Assembly: GCA_016432405.1 (NCBI GenBank)
Contig: CP066687.1
Coordinates: 515,065-579,064, forward strand
Length of the DNA: 64,000 bases
DNA from: Candidatus Giovannonibacteria bacterium
GTDB lineage: Bacteria > Patescibacteriota > Minisyncoccia > UBA11713 > 2-01-FULL-45-33
Direction of reading: 5' to 3'
A program made the translations under genes and the position numbers. Positions 37,973 through 47,343 of the stretch are shown piece by piece. Position 1 is the first letter of the stretch, and the number at the start of each line of letters is the position of its first letter. The notes under the pieces were generated by a model. The model saw nothing but the letters and a program-made list of their open reading frames with translations, was not told the DNA's origin and ran no database searches.

Positions 37973-38297
37973 GGTTTTCCGCTGATAATCAATTTATCGA
38001 CCTTGTTAACTATTCTGAAATTTACAAACTAAACTTTTTATAATTCCGAAACCCATATTCATTTTTCAAGGTTCTCTTTTCCAGAAGTAAGTCGTTTAGC
38101 TTCTGGCACCCTGCCGCCAAATCTTAACGTGGTAGCAAGATGCCATAAGCCAAGAAACTCTCCGCCACGGAGCGGGTTTTTTAGCCCTATTTTAACCTAA
38201 TCCCTTATTGCGGTTTTATTCGTATTCATCCCGCGTAATTTAAGTATAACATAGCCGATAATCACCGATGCAAGCGCCCGTTGTGGATAACCCTTTT

Positions 38298-38840
38298 TCA
38301 GATAAAATACCTCCTCCAGCGCTTCTCTCCATCTTGCTTTATTGCCCCGGAAGCCACAAGCGAAGAAAGCTCCCTCTGCACTGTTTTCTCGCTGATTTGG
38401 CCTCCCAGCATTTTAGCCAGTTCGCCTGCGCTTCTGCGCCCATTTTCTCTAAGCTTGGCCAAAAGCAACTCATGTCTGTCCGATACGCGGCTTATTGGCT
38501 TACCTATCTGCTTAGAATCAATGCCAGCGATGCTGTCCAATAGATTCCTATAGCTGTCCGATAGAAACACGGCTTCGCGCATGAGTTCTGAATACGCCTT
38601 GGTCAGAACCTCAAAATTTGCTTTTGAGATAAACGTGCCCGAGGAAGCAAGCTCCAGCTTCAAAAGCATGCTCTTGGCCATCCTTTCCATTCTGGCAATA
38701 TCCCCCGCGTCTGCACCCATAATCTCCAGCGCGTTTTCGCGCAAAGCCCATTTTAATGGCTCGGCGTCGGAAAAAAGGTCGGTAGTCCGGTATAACGCTT
38801 CGGTTATTTTAAGCGCCTTTTCTTTAAGATTTTCCGACAT
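38298..38840 (-). CDS. Hypothetical protein with C-terminal winged-helix DNA-binding domain
   Basis: 180 aa. C-terminal SAGELAKMLGGQISEKTVQRELSSLVASGAIKQDGEKRWRRY resembles a wHTH. Confidence 0.6.
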   Translation of the reverse strand: MSENLKEKALKITEALYRTTDLFSDAEPLKWALRENALEIMGADAGDIARMERMAKSMLLKLELASSGTFISKANFEVLTKAYSELMREAVFLSDSYRNLLDSIAGIDSKQIGKPISRVSDRHELLLAKLRENGRRSAGELAKMLGGQISEKTVQRELSSLVASGAIKQDGEKRWRRYFI

Positions 38841-38936
38841 ACCAATAGTTTATCCGCGCGCGATTTCCCGTCAACTTCACAAATACGGAAAAAATGGTGC
38901 AATAAAAAAGGGCTGAAAGCCCCATTGCTTGATGTC

Positions 38937-39080
38937 TTACGGTCTGACACTGAAACTAGTGGTTAAAAGGTGTCTGATTATTAAGCCGCTGATGGCAAAC
39001 ATCGCGACGATAAACGCAATCAGCCAGCCGCTCATTTTTTCTTGGGCTTTTCCGCCCCCATTCTTTGTTAGTTCAGTCAT
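38937..39080 (-). CDS. Small membrane protein (47 aa), not in the ORF track
   Basis: MTELTKNGGGKAQEKMSGWLIAFIVAMFAISGLIIRHLLTTSFSVRP. SD GGAGG 6 nt upstream. Minus-strand terminator GGGGCTTTCAGCCC plus T-run at 38900-38926. Confidence 0.35.
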   Translation of the reverse strand: MTELTKNGGGKAQEKMSGWLIAFIVAMFAISGLIIRHLLTTSFSVRP

Positions 39081-39161
39081 AGTTCACCTCCATCCTCCAA
39101 TCTAATATAGAAGGCGGGTTTTATCAAATCCGAAATTCTGCTAATATGGCTTCATTATTAT

Positions 39162-39235
39162 TGCGGGGTCGGCTAATGGTAGGCCATGCGGCTCTGAACC
39201 GCAGAATCTAGGTTCGAATCCTAGCCCCGCAGCCA
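39162..39235 (+). tRNA. tRNA-Gln (anticodon CUG), CCA encoded
   Basis: Acceptor TGCGGGG/CCCCGCA (U1-A72 as in E. coli tRNA-Gln), anticodon arm TGCGG-CTCTGAA-CCGCA, T-arm CTAGG-TTCGAAT-CCTAG, 3' GCCA. Confidence 0.88.
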
Positions 39236-39307
39236 ATTAAATACGATAAAAACAACAACAAACTTTTGACATTATTTTACCAAATCTGATACACAAAACA
39301 AAATCCG

Positions 39308-39332
39308 GAGTATCCCGGATTTTGTTTGTTGA
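39308..39332. terminator. Bidirectional terminator hairpin
   Basis: ATCCGG-agtatc-CCGGAT flanked by T-runs on both strands. Terminates tRNA-Gln (+) and the zinc-ribbon minigene (-). Confidence 0.5.
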
Positions 39333-39485
39333 CTACTTTTGTTTCTCTGAACCTGGAGGTGCTTGCGGTTGAGGGGTTTCGGGGGTTTTTTCTTCAGATG
39401 TTTCTTCGCTCATCGGAACGTTACAGGTCGGACAATTTCCCGCCTGTTCCGACTCGTGGCCACACTTTGGACATTTGTATTTCAT
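39333..39485 (-). CDS. Small zinc-ribbon protein (about 50 aa), not in the ORF track
   Basis: MKYKCPKCGHESEQAGNCPTCNVPMSEE..., two CxxC pairs. Confidence 0.4.
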   Translation of the reverse strand: MKYKCPKCGHESEQAGNCPTCNVPMSEETSEEKTPETPQPQAPPGSEKQK

Positions 39486-39567
39486 AATCTTATTTCAAAC
39501 TAATTATGTCTTTTTTGTGCCGCAACTTACGACTATCGCCACGACCTTTTTATGATAGCAGTTTATT

Positions 39568-40857
39568 TTACTTTAAACAAGATTGGTAAAGTTTGAGATG
39601 ATCTAAAACGAGACGGGGGAACAAAAACTTCTTCAAAACAGTTTTCCGCGCATATTCTCCCAACATTTTTCTTTTCTCGGGATGAGATAAAAGAAAAACT
39701 ATTTTTTCAGCCAAGTCCTCGGGGGTTTTCGCCACAAAGCCGTTTTTCCCGTCCCGAATCTGTTTGCGGATACCGGACGCCGTACCGCCGATCACCGGTT
39801 TCCGTTTCCACATAGCTTCCGTAACCACCAGGCCGAATCCCTCCTTGATAGAATTTTGAATAATCACATCGGCGGCGTTTTGCGCCATAACGGTAAATTT
39901 CAGAACGTCTTTGCCCTTCGCGTTAAAAAATAAAAAAATATCGCGGGATCTGCCGGCGACAGCGGCAATATCTTTGTAAATTGTAGAAGAAGCCGGGTTA
40001 TCATTTGCCGTATTGAAACCAACCAAAGCCAGCCGAGCTTCGGGATGCGTTTGTTGCACTATACGGAATGCCTGAATGACTCCGAGCGGATTTTTCCAAA
40101 TATCAAAACGCGAAACTTGTACGATAAGCGGGCAATCTACCGGTATGCCGCCGTGCTTTTTGAGATACAATCGCGCCTCGTTTAGAGCAACGATTTTCTG
40201 TTTTGGCGAGAGGGGGTCAATGGCCGGGGTGAAAATTTTCACTTTACGGCGAGGCAAATCGCCGTTGACAAAATCGCGGTTTGAAAAAACAATGCGGCGG
40301 TAAGACGCAATGCAGGGAAATAACTTTTTCCAAACGGGTCCGAAGACTGCGGATGTATCAATGTGACTGAAGTATATTTTGTGTTTATTGAGATGTGAAC
40401 GGCACCCTGCGAGAAGCGGCTGGGGATCGTTGATAACCAAAACGTCGCAATCGATTTTATCAAGTTCTCCGGCGATAAGTTTACTCGTTCGTTCGTACTC
40501 TTTCCATTCCTTGCCAGTTATTTTAACTGCCGCTCCTTGCATTGCGTCATGAATCTTATTGGTTACGGAGAAAAAACTATTGCCTATTTTTGGATTAATA
40601 ACATACCAGTCGCCTTCTATGCCCAAAGCACGCAGATAAGTGATCAAGCTTTGCAAAATCTCGGCCACTCCGCCGCCCTCTGCCGTCGCGTTTATATGCA
40701 CCACCCTTTTGCCCCGCATATAGGCGGCTTGCCTTACCAACTTTTTTTTCTGGGGCGCGGGAGGATATTTTAAAAAATCAGCCGGACGGATCTGTTTTGA
40801 AATGGAAATTTTTTCTAAAAATAGGGGCTTCATGTTTTTTATTATATCTCCAAACAA
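39568..40857 (-). CDS. Glycosyltransferase family 4 (GT-B fold, retaining)
   Basis: 429 aa. C-terminal EGFGLVVTEAMWKRKPVIGGTASGIRKQIRDGKNGF matches the GT4 E-x7-E donor-binding motif. Confidence 0.9.
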   Translation of the reverse strand: MFGDIIKNMKPLFLEKISISKQIRPADFLKYPPAPQKKKLVRQAAYMRGKRVVHINATAEGGGVAEILQSLITYLRALGIEGDWYVINPKIGNSFFSVTNKIHDAMQGAAVKITGKEWKEYERTSKLIAGELDKIDCDVLVINDPQPLLAGCRSHLNKHKIYFSHIDTSAVFGPVWKKLFPCIASYRRIVFSNRDFVNGDLPRRKVKIFTPAIDPLSPKQKIVALNEARLYLKKHGGIPVDCPLIVQVSRFDIWKNPLGVIQAFRIVQQTHPEARLALVGFNTANDNPASSTIYKDIAAVAGRSRDIFLFFNAKGKDVLKFTVMAQNAADVIIQNSIKEGFGLVVTEAMWKRKPVIGGTASGIRKQIRDGKNGFVAKTPEDLAEKIVFLLSHPEKRKMLGEYARKTVLKKFLFPRLVLDHLKLYQSCLK

Positions 40858-40888
40858 TTTAAACGTGAAGAGGTGCTATAATAAACCT

Positions 40889-41029
40889 ATGATGGGATAT
40901 GGGTATGGGTTCGGGTCTATGATGGGAGGGGGCGGCCTTTTCGGGTTTTTCGGCGTGCTGACCTGGCTGGTCTGGCTCGCCGTGGGAATCCTCCTCGCCG
41001 TCTGGCTCTGGAAAAAAATCAACCAATAG
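40889..41029 (+). CDS. Small Gly/Tyr-rich membrane protein (46 aa)
   Basis: MMGYGYGFGSMMGGGGLFGFFGVLTWLVWLAVGILLAVWLWKKINQ. SD GAAGAGGTG upstream of the ATG at 40889 (the track's longer start is unsupported). Confidence 0.35.
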   Translation: MMGYGYGFGSMMGGGGLFGFFGVLTWLVWLAVGILLAVWLWKKINQ

Positions 41030-41084
41030 TCGGGTAATCGCAAAAACCATTGCTTTTTGGGGCGTTTTCTGCTATCATAAGAGT

Positions 41085-41333
41085 GTGGTTAAACGTAAAG
41101 ACCCGGTATTGGAACAAAACAAAGCAGTCGTAACTCTTGCTGATTTTCTCGCCGCCTACAATAAGAGCGCGCCCGATGGTTTTCCGCGCGCGACTCCGGA
41201 GATTTTGCGGAGATTTCAAGCGGCGCACGCTTCGCTTTTTTCCGCCGGAGGCGGAAAAAACGCCAGAAATTGGTCAATAGAAAAACACAGAAAAAAACTG
41301 ATGGACTGGCTCCCCTCTTATCACGATGCTTAA
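41085..41333 (+). CDS. Hypothetical small protein
   Basis: 82 aa, GTG start, immediately upstream of and overlapping the DEAD-box helicase gene. Confidence 0.35.
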   Translation: MVKRKDPVLEQNKAVVTLADFLAAYNKSAPDGFPRATPEILRRFQAAHASLFSAGGGKNARNWSIEKHRKKLMDWLPSYHDA

Positions 41334-42564
41334 TAGAAACAACCCTGCGTCTTTCTACGGCTTGGGCATCGCCCCGGCGCTTTTGGAAATTCTTGGGCGC
41401 CTCCATTTTAAAATTCCCACCCCGATTCAGGAGCGGGCGATTCCCGTCGCCAACGAAGGGAAGGATTTAATCGGCATCGCCCAAACCGGCACCGGCAAAA
41501 CCTTGGCCTTCGGCATTCCCATGATTCAGCGTATCGCCCAGACAAAAGCCAAGGGGCTGATTCTTTTGCCGACAAGGGAGCTGGCGCTGCAGGTTGATGA
41601 AGCCATCCGAAAAATCGGGCGCACTCTGGGTCTCAAAACCGCCGTGCTCATAGGCGGCGCGGCCATGCGGCCCCAAATAGACGCCCTCCGCCGCCAGCCG
41701 CACATTATAATAGGAACGCCCGGGCGGATTATTGACCACCTGGAACAAAAAACTCTTTCTTTGGAAAAAATCGCCATACTTGTTTTAGACGAAGCGGACA
41801 GAATGCTGGATATGGGTTTCGCGCCGCAAATCAGGATAATTTTAAACAAAGTGCCGAAAGCGCGGCAGACAATGCTTTTTTCGGCAACCATGCCGGACGA
41901 TATCGTGCGCATTGCCACCCAGCACATGAAGCTTCCCTTCCGCGTGGAGATCGCGCGGCCGGGAACGGCGCCTGAAAAAGTGGCGCAGGAATTATTTATC
42001 GTAAAAAAAGAAGACAAAAATAAATTGCTGGCGAAATTGCTTTCCGAATACCGCGGTTCGGTTTTGATTTTTTCGCGCACAAAATACGGCGCGCAGAAAA
42101 TCTGCCACGCGCTGCGGAACATGGGCCACCGCGCCGCTGAAATTCATTCCAACCGTTCGCTTGGCCAGCGCCGGGAAGCGCTGGAAGGGTTTAAGTCCGG
42201 CAGATACCGCGTGCTTGTGGCAACGGACATCGCCTCGCGCGGAATTGATGTCGTGGGGATTGAAGTGGTTATCAATTACGATTTACCTGATGACCCCGGA
42301 GATTATGTCCATAGGATTGGAAGAACCGGCAGAGCTGGCGCGCCCGGGCGGGCGATTTCTTTCGCCACACCCGACCAAAAAAGCGCCGTCCGCGATATTG
42401 AAAAACTTCTCCGCACGGCGATTGCCATATCAAAGCACCCGGAATTTTCGGAAGAGAAATTTATAGAATACAAAATTATCCCGCGTCATTTTTCACATAA
42501 GCGCTTCGGCCGGGGCTTTTCGCGCCCGTCCTACGGCGGCAGAGGCGGATTTTTCAGGAAATAA
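41326..42564 (+). CDS. ATP-dependent DEAD-box RNA helicase
   Basis: 412 aa. Motifs AQTGTGKT, DEAD, SAT, HRIGRTGRAG. Short basic C-tail. Confidence 0.95.
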   Translation: MLNRNNPASFYGLGIAPALLEILGRLHFKIPTPIQERAIPVANEGKDLIGIAQTGTGKTLAFGIPMIQRIAQTKAKGLILLPTRELALQVDEAIRKIGRTLGLKTAVLIGGAAMRPQIDALRRQPHIIIGTPGRIIDHLEQKTLSLEKIAILVLDEADRMLDMGFAPQIRIILNKVPKARQTMLFSATMPDDIVRIATQHMKLPFRVEIARPGTAPEKVAQELFIVKKEDKNKLLAKLLSEYRGSVLIFSRTKYGAQKICHALRNMGHRAAEIHSNRSLGQRREALEGFKSGRYRVLVATDIASRGIDVVGIEVVINYDLPDDPGDYVHRIGRTGRAGAPGRAISFATPDQKSAVRDIEKLLRTAIAISKHPEFSEEKFIEYKIIPRHFSHKRFGRGFSRPSYGGRGGFFRK

Positions 42565-42651
42565 AATAAAAGCCATTAAATAAATAAAAGTGTATAGGTT
42601 GACTCAAAAGTAAATAAACGCTAAGTTTTGGATAGAAACGGAGGTGCAGCC

Positions 42652-43023
42652 ATGTCAGTAAGAGGAATGATACGAAAGGAGCTTGAGAAAAAATTAAAGG
42701 AGCATCGGAAAGAGGCCTCCCGCTTGGCAAAAGACCTTGGCTACCTAAAACGCGCAAGATACCTCGCTTTCTACGTGTTCATCGGAACCGGATGGGAAGA
42801 ACGAGCCCCAAAAATTCACTTTAAGGCCCGCGGCGAATTGAAAAACGTAATGTGCGCCGCTCTTGAAGAATTCAAGCGCAAAAACGGCAATGGCGCCGCG
42901 CAGGGCAAATATGTATGCGTGGTAACGGCGCTACTGCCAAACGGCAATCCGGTTTTTATCCATGACAAATTTTTCAAGTCCTATCTTGAGAAATACGGCA
43001 AACCCTCCCAGCCCGGCGCCTAG
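42652..43023 (+). CDS. Hypothetical protein
   Basis: 123 aa from the ATG at 42652 with SD GGAGGTG. Intrinsic terminator GCCCG...CGGGC plus T7 at 43012-43038. Confidence 0.55.
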   Translation: MSVRGMIRKELEKKLKEHRKEASRLAKDLGYLKRARYLAFYVFIGTGWEERAPKIHFKARGELKNVMCAALEEFKRKNGNGAAQGKYVCVVTALLPNGNPVFIHDKFFKSYLEKYGKPSQPGA

Positions 43024-43076
43024 CTCGGGCTTTTTTTAATATGATAAAATAAGGAGATAATGTTAAAAACGTAATT

Positions 43077-43154
43077 ATGGACATAGTATCGCACAAGCTT
43101 TGGGGAAGCGCGGTGTTCGGAAGAAAAATTAAAAAACGCAAAAACGCGCTTTAA
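43077..43154 (+). pseudogene. Remnant mini-ORF: N-terminus plus C-terminus of the downstream hydrolase gene
   Basis: MDIVSHKLWGSAVFGRKIKKRKNAL*. Compare MDIISHGLW...VIKKRKNAL* of the 43254-43799 gene. Followed by the same 78-bp downstream repeat. Confidence 0.5.
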
Positions 43155-43208
43155 AATCTATACTACGCAAGTTGGACGATAGGCTAGAATACGTAGTATG
43201 CGTATTAA
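43131..43208. repeat. 78-bp direct repeat, copy 1 (contains internal 8-bp IR ATACTACG/CGTAGTAT)
   Basis: AAAAAACGCAAAAACGCGCTTTAAAATCTATACTACGCAAGTTGGACGATAGGCTAGAATACGTAGTATGCGTATTAA. Copy 2 at 43776-43853 has 4 mismatches. Confidence 0.8.
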
Positions 43209-43253
43209 AAATAGAGAGGTGTAAAAAAAATAAAAAAGCAGTATCATTACCCA

Positions 43254-43799
43254 ATGGACATCATATCGCACGGGCTGTGGACGGGGGCGATTGCCAAAGC
43301 CGCCAACGAAAAAATAAAAAAGCCGCTCAATTTCTGGGCGGCGGTTTGGTGGGGCGTTTCCCCGGATTTGTTCGCTTTTACTATCCCGTTTTTGGGGCTT
43401 TTGTGGAATTTTACTTTCCGCGGCGTGAATCTCGCGGACATCCCAGGACCGTCCGCAACCGAGCCGCCGTCCTCCGGCACTTTATGGATTTTCCAGCTCG
43501 CGACCGTACTTTATAACATCAGCCACAGCGCCATTATTTTTTTGATTGTTTTCGGACTGGTCTGGCTGGTTCTGAAGCGCCCGGTTTGGGAGATGGGGGG
43601 ATGGATTTTCCACGTTTTTCTGGACGTGCTGACCCATTCTTTTCGTTTCTTTCCGACACCGGTCTTCTGGCCGCTTTTCGGCTGGAAATTTAACGGCATT
43701 TCCTGGGCCAATCCTCAGTTTCTTGCCATAAATTATGCTGCCCTGATTTTGCTTTATCTCTGGTTTTTTGTAATTAAAAAACGCAAAAACGCGCTTTAA
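43254..43799 (+). CDS. Membrane-bound metal-dependent hydrolase (DUF457/YdjM-like)
   Basis: 181 aa. MDIISHGLWTGAI N-terminus and His-rich TM segments typical of the family. The C-terminal codons lie inside repeat copy 2. Confidence 0.7.
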   Translation: MDIISHGLWTGAIAKAANEKIKKPLNFWAAVWWGVSPDLFAFTIPFLGLLWNFTFRGVNLADIPGPSATEPPSSGTLWIFQLATVLYNISHSAIIFLIVFGLVWLVLKRPVWEMGGWIFHVFLDVLTHSFRFFPTPVFWPLFGWKFNGISWANPQFLAINYAALILLYLWFFVIKKRKNAL

Positions 43800-43853
43800 A
43801 ATCTATACTACGCAAATTGGACGATAGGTTAAAATACGTAGTATGCGTACTAA
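43776..43853. repeat. 78-bp direct repeat, copy 2
   Basis: See copy 1. Overlaps the 3' end of the hydrolase gene. Confidence 0.8.
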
Positions 43854-43867
43854 TGAGTTAAAAAAAG

Positions 43868-44806
43868 CTAAACCTTAAGGTGGCGCTTCACCGCGAAGTA
43901 GGCCGAAAGCACGCCTAAAAGGACTCCCGAGATTAGCAAGATAAAGAAAATCTGGAAAATGTTTTCGGAAAAATACGTAAAAATATTGAATCCGCCGAAA
44001 AGCGCGGAGGTTCTTGCACCGGCAAACCAAAAAACCGGATAGAAAACCGCCAAAGTAAACGCCGCCGCTATCACCCCGTGTATCACCCCCTCAACCAAAA
44101 ACGGCCCGCGGATGAATTGGCGCGAAGCGCCGACCAATTGCATCACGGAAATCTCGTCGCGGGAATTGTAAATCGCAAGCCGCACGGTGCTGTAGGCGAC
44201 CATTAAGGATATTACCGACAAAATCAAGCTGACTGCAAGCCCGGCGCGGCGGGATGCGGCGAGGAGCGCCGAGAGCTTGTCAATCACAAACTGGTTTTGG
44301 CGGTAAGTTATTTTCTTCTCTCCCGAGTCGTCCGTATCCAAAATATTGTCGTACCGCCCGCTCTCCAAAAACTTGCTTATTGAGCCGTATTTTGCCGGGT
44401 CTTTCGCTTTTATCTCAATGCTCGGAGAAAACGGATTCTCGCCTACAACCTCCAAGGATTGCAAAATGATTTCGTCGCCCTTGTGCCGTTCCTTAAAAAC
44501 AACAAGCGCCTCCTCCGCCGAAACATATTTTACCGAGCGGACTTCCGGCAGCGCCTCCAAGTCCTTTTTGAGCGCCAAAATCTGCTCCTCTTTGGCGGAC
44601 GGCTTGAAATAAGCGCTGATGTCCACTTTTTCTTCCAAAGAAGAAATCACGCCGGAAAGAAATGAGCTCCCGACGACGACCGAACCGATCACAAAAATTG
44701 AAAGCGACATAACCAGCACCGTGGCCAAACTGACCACGCCGTTCCTGAAAAAATTAATCACCCCCCACTTCAGAATCCTTCTGAAAGTTATCTTATCCAT
44801 CGCCAT
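43868..44806 (-). CDS. ftsX: Cell division ABC transporter permease FtsX
   Basis: 312 aa. N-terminal TM, large extracellular loop, three C-terminal TMs. Follows ftsE. Confidence 0.88.
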   Translation of the reverse strand: MAMDKITFRRILKWGVINFFRNGVVSLATVLVMSLSIFVIGSVVVGSSFLSGVISSLEEKVDISAYFKPSAKEEQILALKKDLEALPEVRSVKYVSAEEALVVFKERHKGDEIILQSLEVVGENPFSPSIEIKAKDPAKYGSISKFLESGRYDNILDTDDSGEKKITYRQNQFVIDKLSALLAASRRAGLAVSLILSVISLMVAYSTVRLAIYNSRDEISVMQLVGASRQFIRGPFLVEGVIHGVIAAAFTLAVFYPVFWFAGARTSALFGGFNIFTYFSENIFQIFFILLISGVLLGVLSAYFAVKRHLKV

Positions 44807-44813
44807 TATTCAA

Positions 44814-45494
44814 TTATAGCACATATCTCCCGCGCTGTTCGTCTCGGACGACTTTGCCTTTTTCCAGCGTCACCACCCGGCGCTCCAGAGAATTGATGAT
44901 TTCCTTGTCGTGGGTGGCCAAAATAACCGTCGTGCCCAAGTCGTTTATTTTTTCCAGAAGGCGGATTATATCCCAGGTATTTAAAGGGTCCAAATTCCCC
45001 GTCGGCTCATCGGCGATAACGACGTCCGGGCGGGTCACAATGGCGCGGGCGATGGCGACGCGCTGTTTTTCGCCGCCGGAAAGTTCGTGCGGGAAATGCC
45101 AGGCCTTGTCCATAAGTCCCACAAGCTCCAAAACCTGCGGAGCGTCCTGTTTTATGTCGTCATCGCCTTTTCCGGCCGCCTCAAGCGCGAACGAAACGTT
45201 TTCGTAAGCGGTTTTTTGCGGCAGGAGCCGGTAGTCCTGAAACACAACGCCCATTCGCCTGCGCAGCGCCGGGAGCTCTCCCGGAGGGACGGCGTGCACG
45301 TCGCTGGATTCAAAAAAGACCTTGCCCGATGTGGGCCGGTCTTCGGCCAAAAGCAGCTTCAAAAGCGTGGATTTGCCGGCGCCGGACTGCCCGACTATTG
45401 AAACAAACTCGTTCGGCGAAATCGCAAACGAAACATCCTCAAGGGCAATTGAGGTCGGAGAATAAACTTTTGAGACCTTATCAAAATAAATCAT
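44814..45494 (-). CDS. ftsE: Cell division ATP-binding protein FtsE
   Basis: 226 aa. Walker [16 protein letters not shown] signature [14 protein letters not shown], Walker [13 protein letters not shown]. Confidence 0.95.
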   Translation of the reverse strand: MIYFDKVSKVYSPTSIALEDVSFAISPNEFVSIVGQSGAGKSTLLKLLLAEDRPTSGKVFFESSDVHAVPPGELPALRRRMGVVFQDYRLLPQKTAYENVSFALEAAGKGDDDIKQDAPQVLELVGLMDKAWHFPHELSGGEKQRVAIARAIVTRPDVVIADEPTGNLDPLNTWDIIRLLEKINDLGTTVILATHDKEIINSLERRVVTLEKGKVVRDEQRGRYVL

Positions 45495-46558
45495 TTAATT
45501 CTGATTCTATAAAATTATCCAGCTCGCCCGCAAGTACCCCCTCAACATCGGCGGTTTCGGCGCCGGTGCGGTGGTCTTTCACCAATTTATACGGGTGAAA
45601 AACATAGGAACGGATTTGGTGGCCCCACTCGGCCTGCGGAATCTGCCCACCCCTCACCAACTTTTTCTCCGCTTCGGTTTTGGCAATTTCCAATTCATAG
45701 AGCTTCGCGCGCAAAATATCAAGCGCGGCCTTGCGATTTTGGGCCTGCGAGCGCTCGGCGCTCGCGTGCGCCGAGATGCCCGTGGGTTTGTGCAAAATCC
45801 GGACAGCAGTTTCCCTTTTATTCACGTTCTGCCCTCCGGGGCCGCCGGCCCTCGCGAAGCTTACCTCCAAATCTTCTTCTTTGAGCGGAGCTTCCGCTGG
45901 GTCGGTTATCTCCGGCAAAATCTCAACCAAAGCGAAGGAGGTGTGCCGTCTTTTATTCGCGTCATAGGGCGAAATCCGCACCAGGCGGTGCACGCCGTAT
46001 TCTTTCTTCAAATAGCCGTAGGAAAATTTTCCCGCAATCCTTGCGGCGGAGTTTTTTATGCCCCCGAATTCGTTCGGATGCGTGTGCAAAACCTTAAAGC
46101 TCCATCCTTTTCGGGCGGCGAATTTCTCGTACATTTTAAACAAAATGCCCGCCCAATCCTCGGCGTCGTCGCCTCCCGCACCCGCGAAAATCCGGAGGAG
46201 CGCGCTTCCTTTGTCATATTTGCCGGAGAAAAGTTCCGCGCGCTCCAAGGCCAGAAGACGGCTTTCCAGTTTTTTCGCTTCATCCAAAATCTCCGCCTTC
46301 GCGTCAAGCTGCGCCAGTTCCCAAAGCTCCTCGGCTTCTCCTATGATATCCTCCCAGGCCTTTACGTCAGCTTTGACCTCCGAAATTTCAGAGGAAATTT
46401 TCTGCGCCCTCGCCGAATTCTTCCAAAACTCGGGGTTTGACGCCTCCGCCTCCAATTTTAAAAGGTCTTCCCTTTTTTGGCGCAAGTCAAAGACGGCCCG
46501 CCGCGCGGCGGACCTTTTCTGTCAATTCCTGAATATACTTCCTGTCTTTCGCTTCCAT
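45481..46558 (-). CDS. prfB: Peptide chain release factor 2, with programmed +1 ribosomal frameshift
   Basis: ORF1 (ATG 46558) [23 protein letters not shown] ends at the shifty CTT TGA C site (46486-46492). The +1 frame continues DLRQKRED...GGQ...RHTSF to 45481. N-terminal peptide parallels E. coli RF2. Confidence 0.9.
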
Positions 46559-46607
46559 ATTCAAAGCATATCATAAATCCCAAAAAAATGCTAGAAAAGA
46601 AGAGCGG

Positions 46608-46680
46608 GCCACCTTAGCTCAGTTGGCAGAGCAATGCTTTCGTAAAGCAGAGGTCCCCGGTTCGAATCCGGGAGGTGGCT
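46608..46680 (+). tRNA. tRNA-Thr (anticodon CGU)
   Basis: Acceptor GCCACCT/AGGTGGC, D-arm GCTC-AGTTGGCA-GAGC, anticodon loop TTCGTAA, T-arm CCCGG-TTCGAAT-CCGGG. Confidence 0.9.
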
Positions 46681-46688
46681 AAAAAAGC

Positions 46689-46759
46689 GCGGGTATAGTT
46701 TAGTGGCAGAATGATTGCTTCCCAAGCAATAGATCGGGGTTCGATTCCCCGTACCCGCA
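46689..46759 (+). tRNA. tRNA-Gly (anticodon CCC)
   Basis: Acceptor GCGGGTA/TACCCGC, anticodon arm ATTGC-TTCCCAA-GCAAT, T-arm CGGGG-TTCGATT-CCCCG. 8 nt after tRNA-Thr. Confidence 0.85.
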
Positions 46760-46763
46760 TAAA

Positions 46764-47336
46764 TTATTTAATTTTCACATCCCCATCTTGCCAGTAAAAT
46801 CCCGGGTAGTAAATTTTCACTGCCGTGTTTTTTTTGAGCGCCAGCCAAGTCCCGGAGAGCTTTTCTTCGTCGCCTTTATAATAATCGGTAAGGGCGTCGC
46901 GCTTTGCTTGCGGCAACAAAACGAATTTTTTAAAATCCTCCAGTTTCAAGCCGTAAAGCTCTTCGGATGCTCTGCCCAAAGAGCTATTCTTGCCGTCTTT
47001 TAAAACCGTCTCCGCTATCTCCTCCGCTTTTTTAAAAATCCCCGGGTCGGTTTTTGAAATCATCTCGTCCAAAAAAAGATTATCCGCCAGCTCCGCCAAC
47101 GCCAGACGTTTTAATTCCCGCACTTGCGTCGCGGGCGCATCGCGCGCCTTGCTCCGGGGAGAAGCGCGCTCCTCAAAAGTTTTGAGCGCCCCGTAAACGC
47201 TCAAAAACTCGGCGTAGCTTGCCGCCCGCCCGCCCACTTTCAAAACCGGCAAAAAACTAAACCCCATTATTGCCGCGCCGCCCAACAAGAGCAAAACAAC
47301 CGCCAAAACAAAATATCCCTTTCTAAAAATATTCAT
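46764..47336 (-). CDS. Hypothetical membrane-anchored protein
   Basis: 190 aa, N-terminal TM helix, no family recognised. Confidence 0.55.
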   Translation of the reverse strand: MNIFRKGYFVLAVVLLLLGGAAIMGFSFLPVLKVGGRAASYAEFLSVYGALKTFEERASPRSKARDAPATQVRELKRLALAELADNLFLDEMISKTDPGIFKKAEEIAETVLKDGKNSSLGRASEELYGLKLEDFKKFVLLPQAKRDALTDYYKGDEEKLSGTWLALKKNTAVKIYYPGFYWQDGDVKIK

Positions 47337-47343
47337 GCTCGCC

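Noticed and set aside
38040-38185. Possible plus-strand sRNA ending in a CTCCG-CCAC-CGGAG plus T-run hairpin
   Set aside because: The hairpin is weak (4-5 bp) and no convincing promoter precedes it. Insufficient evidence.
45571-46440. 289 aa plus-strand ORF
   Set aside because: Lies antisense to and entirely within prfB (RF2). Spurious.
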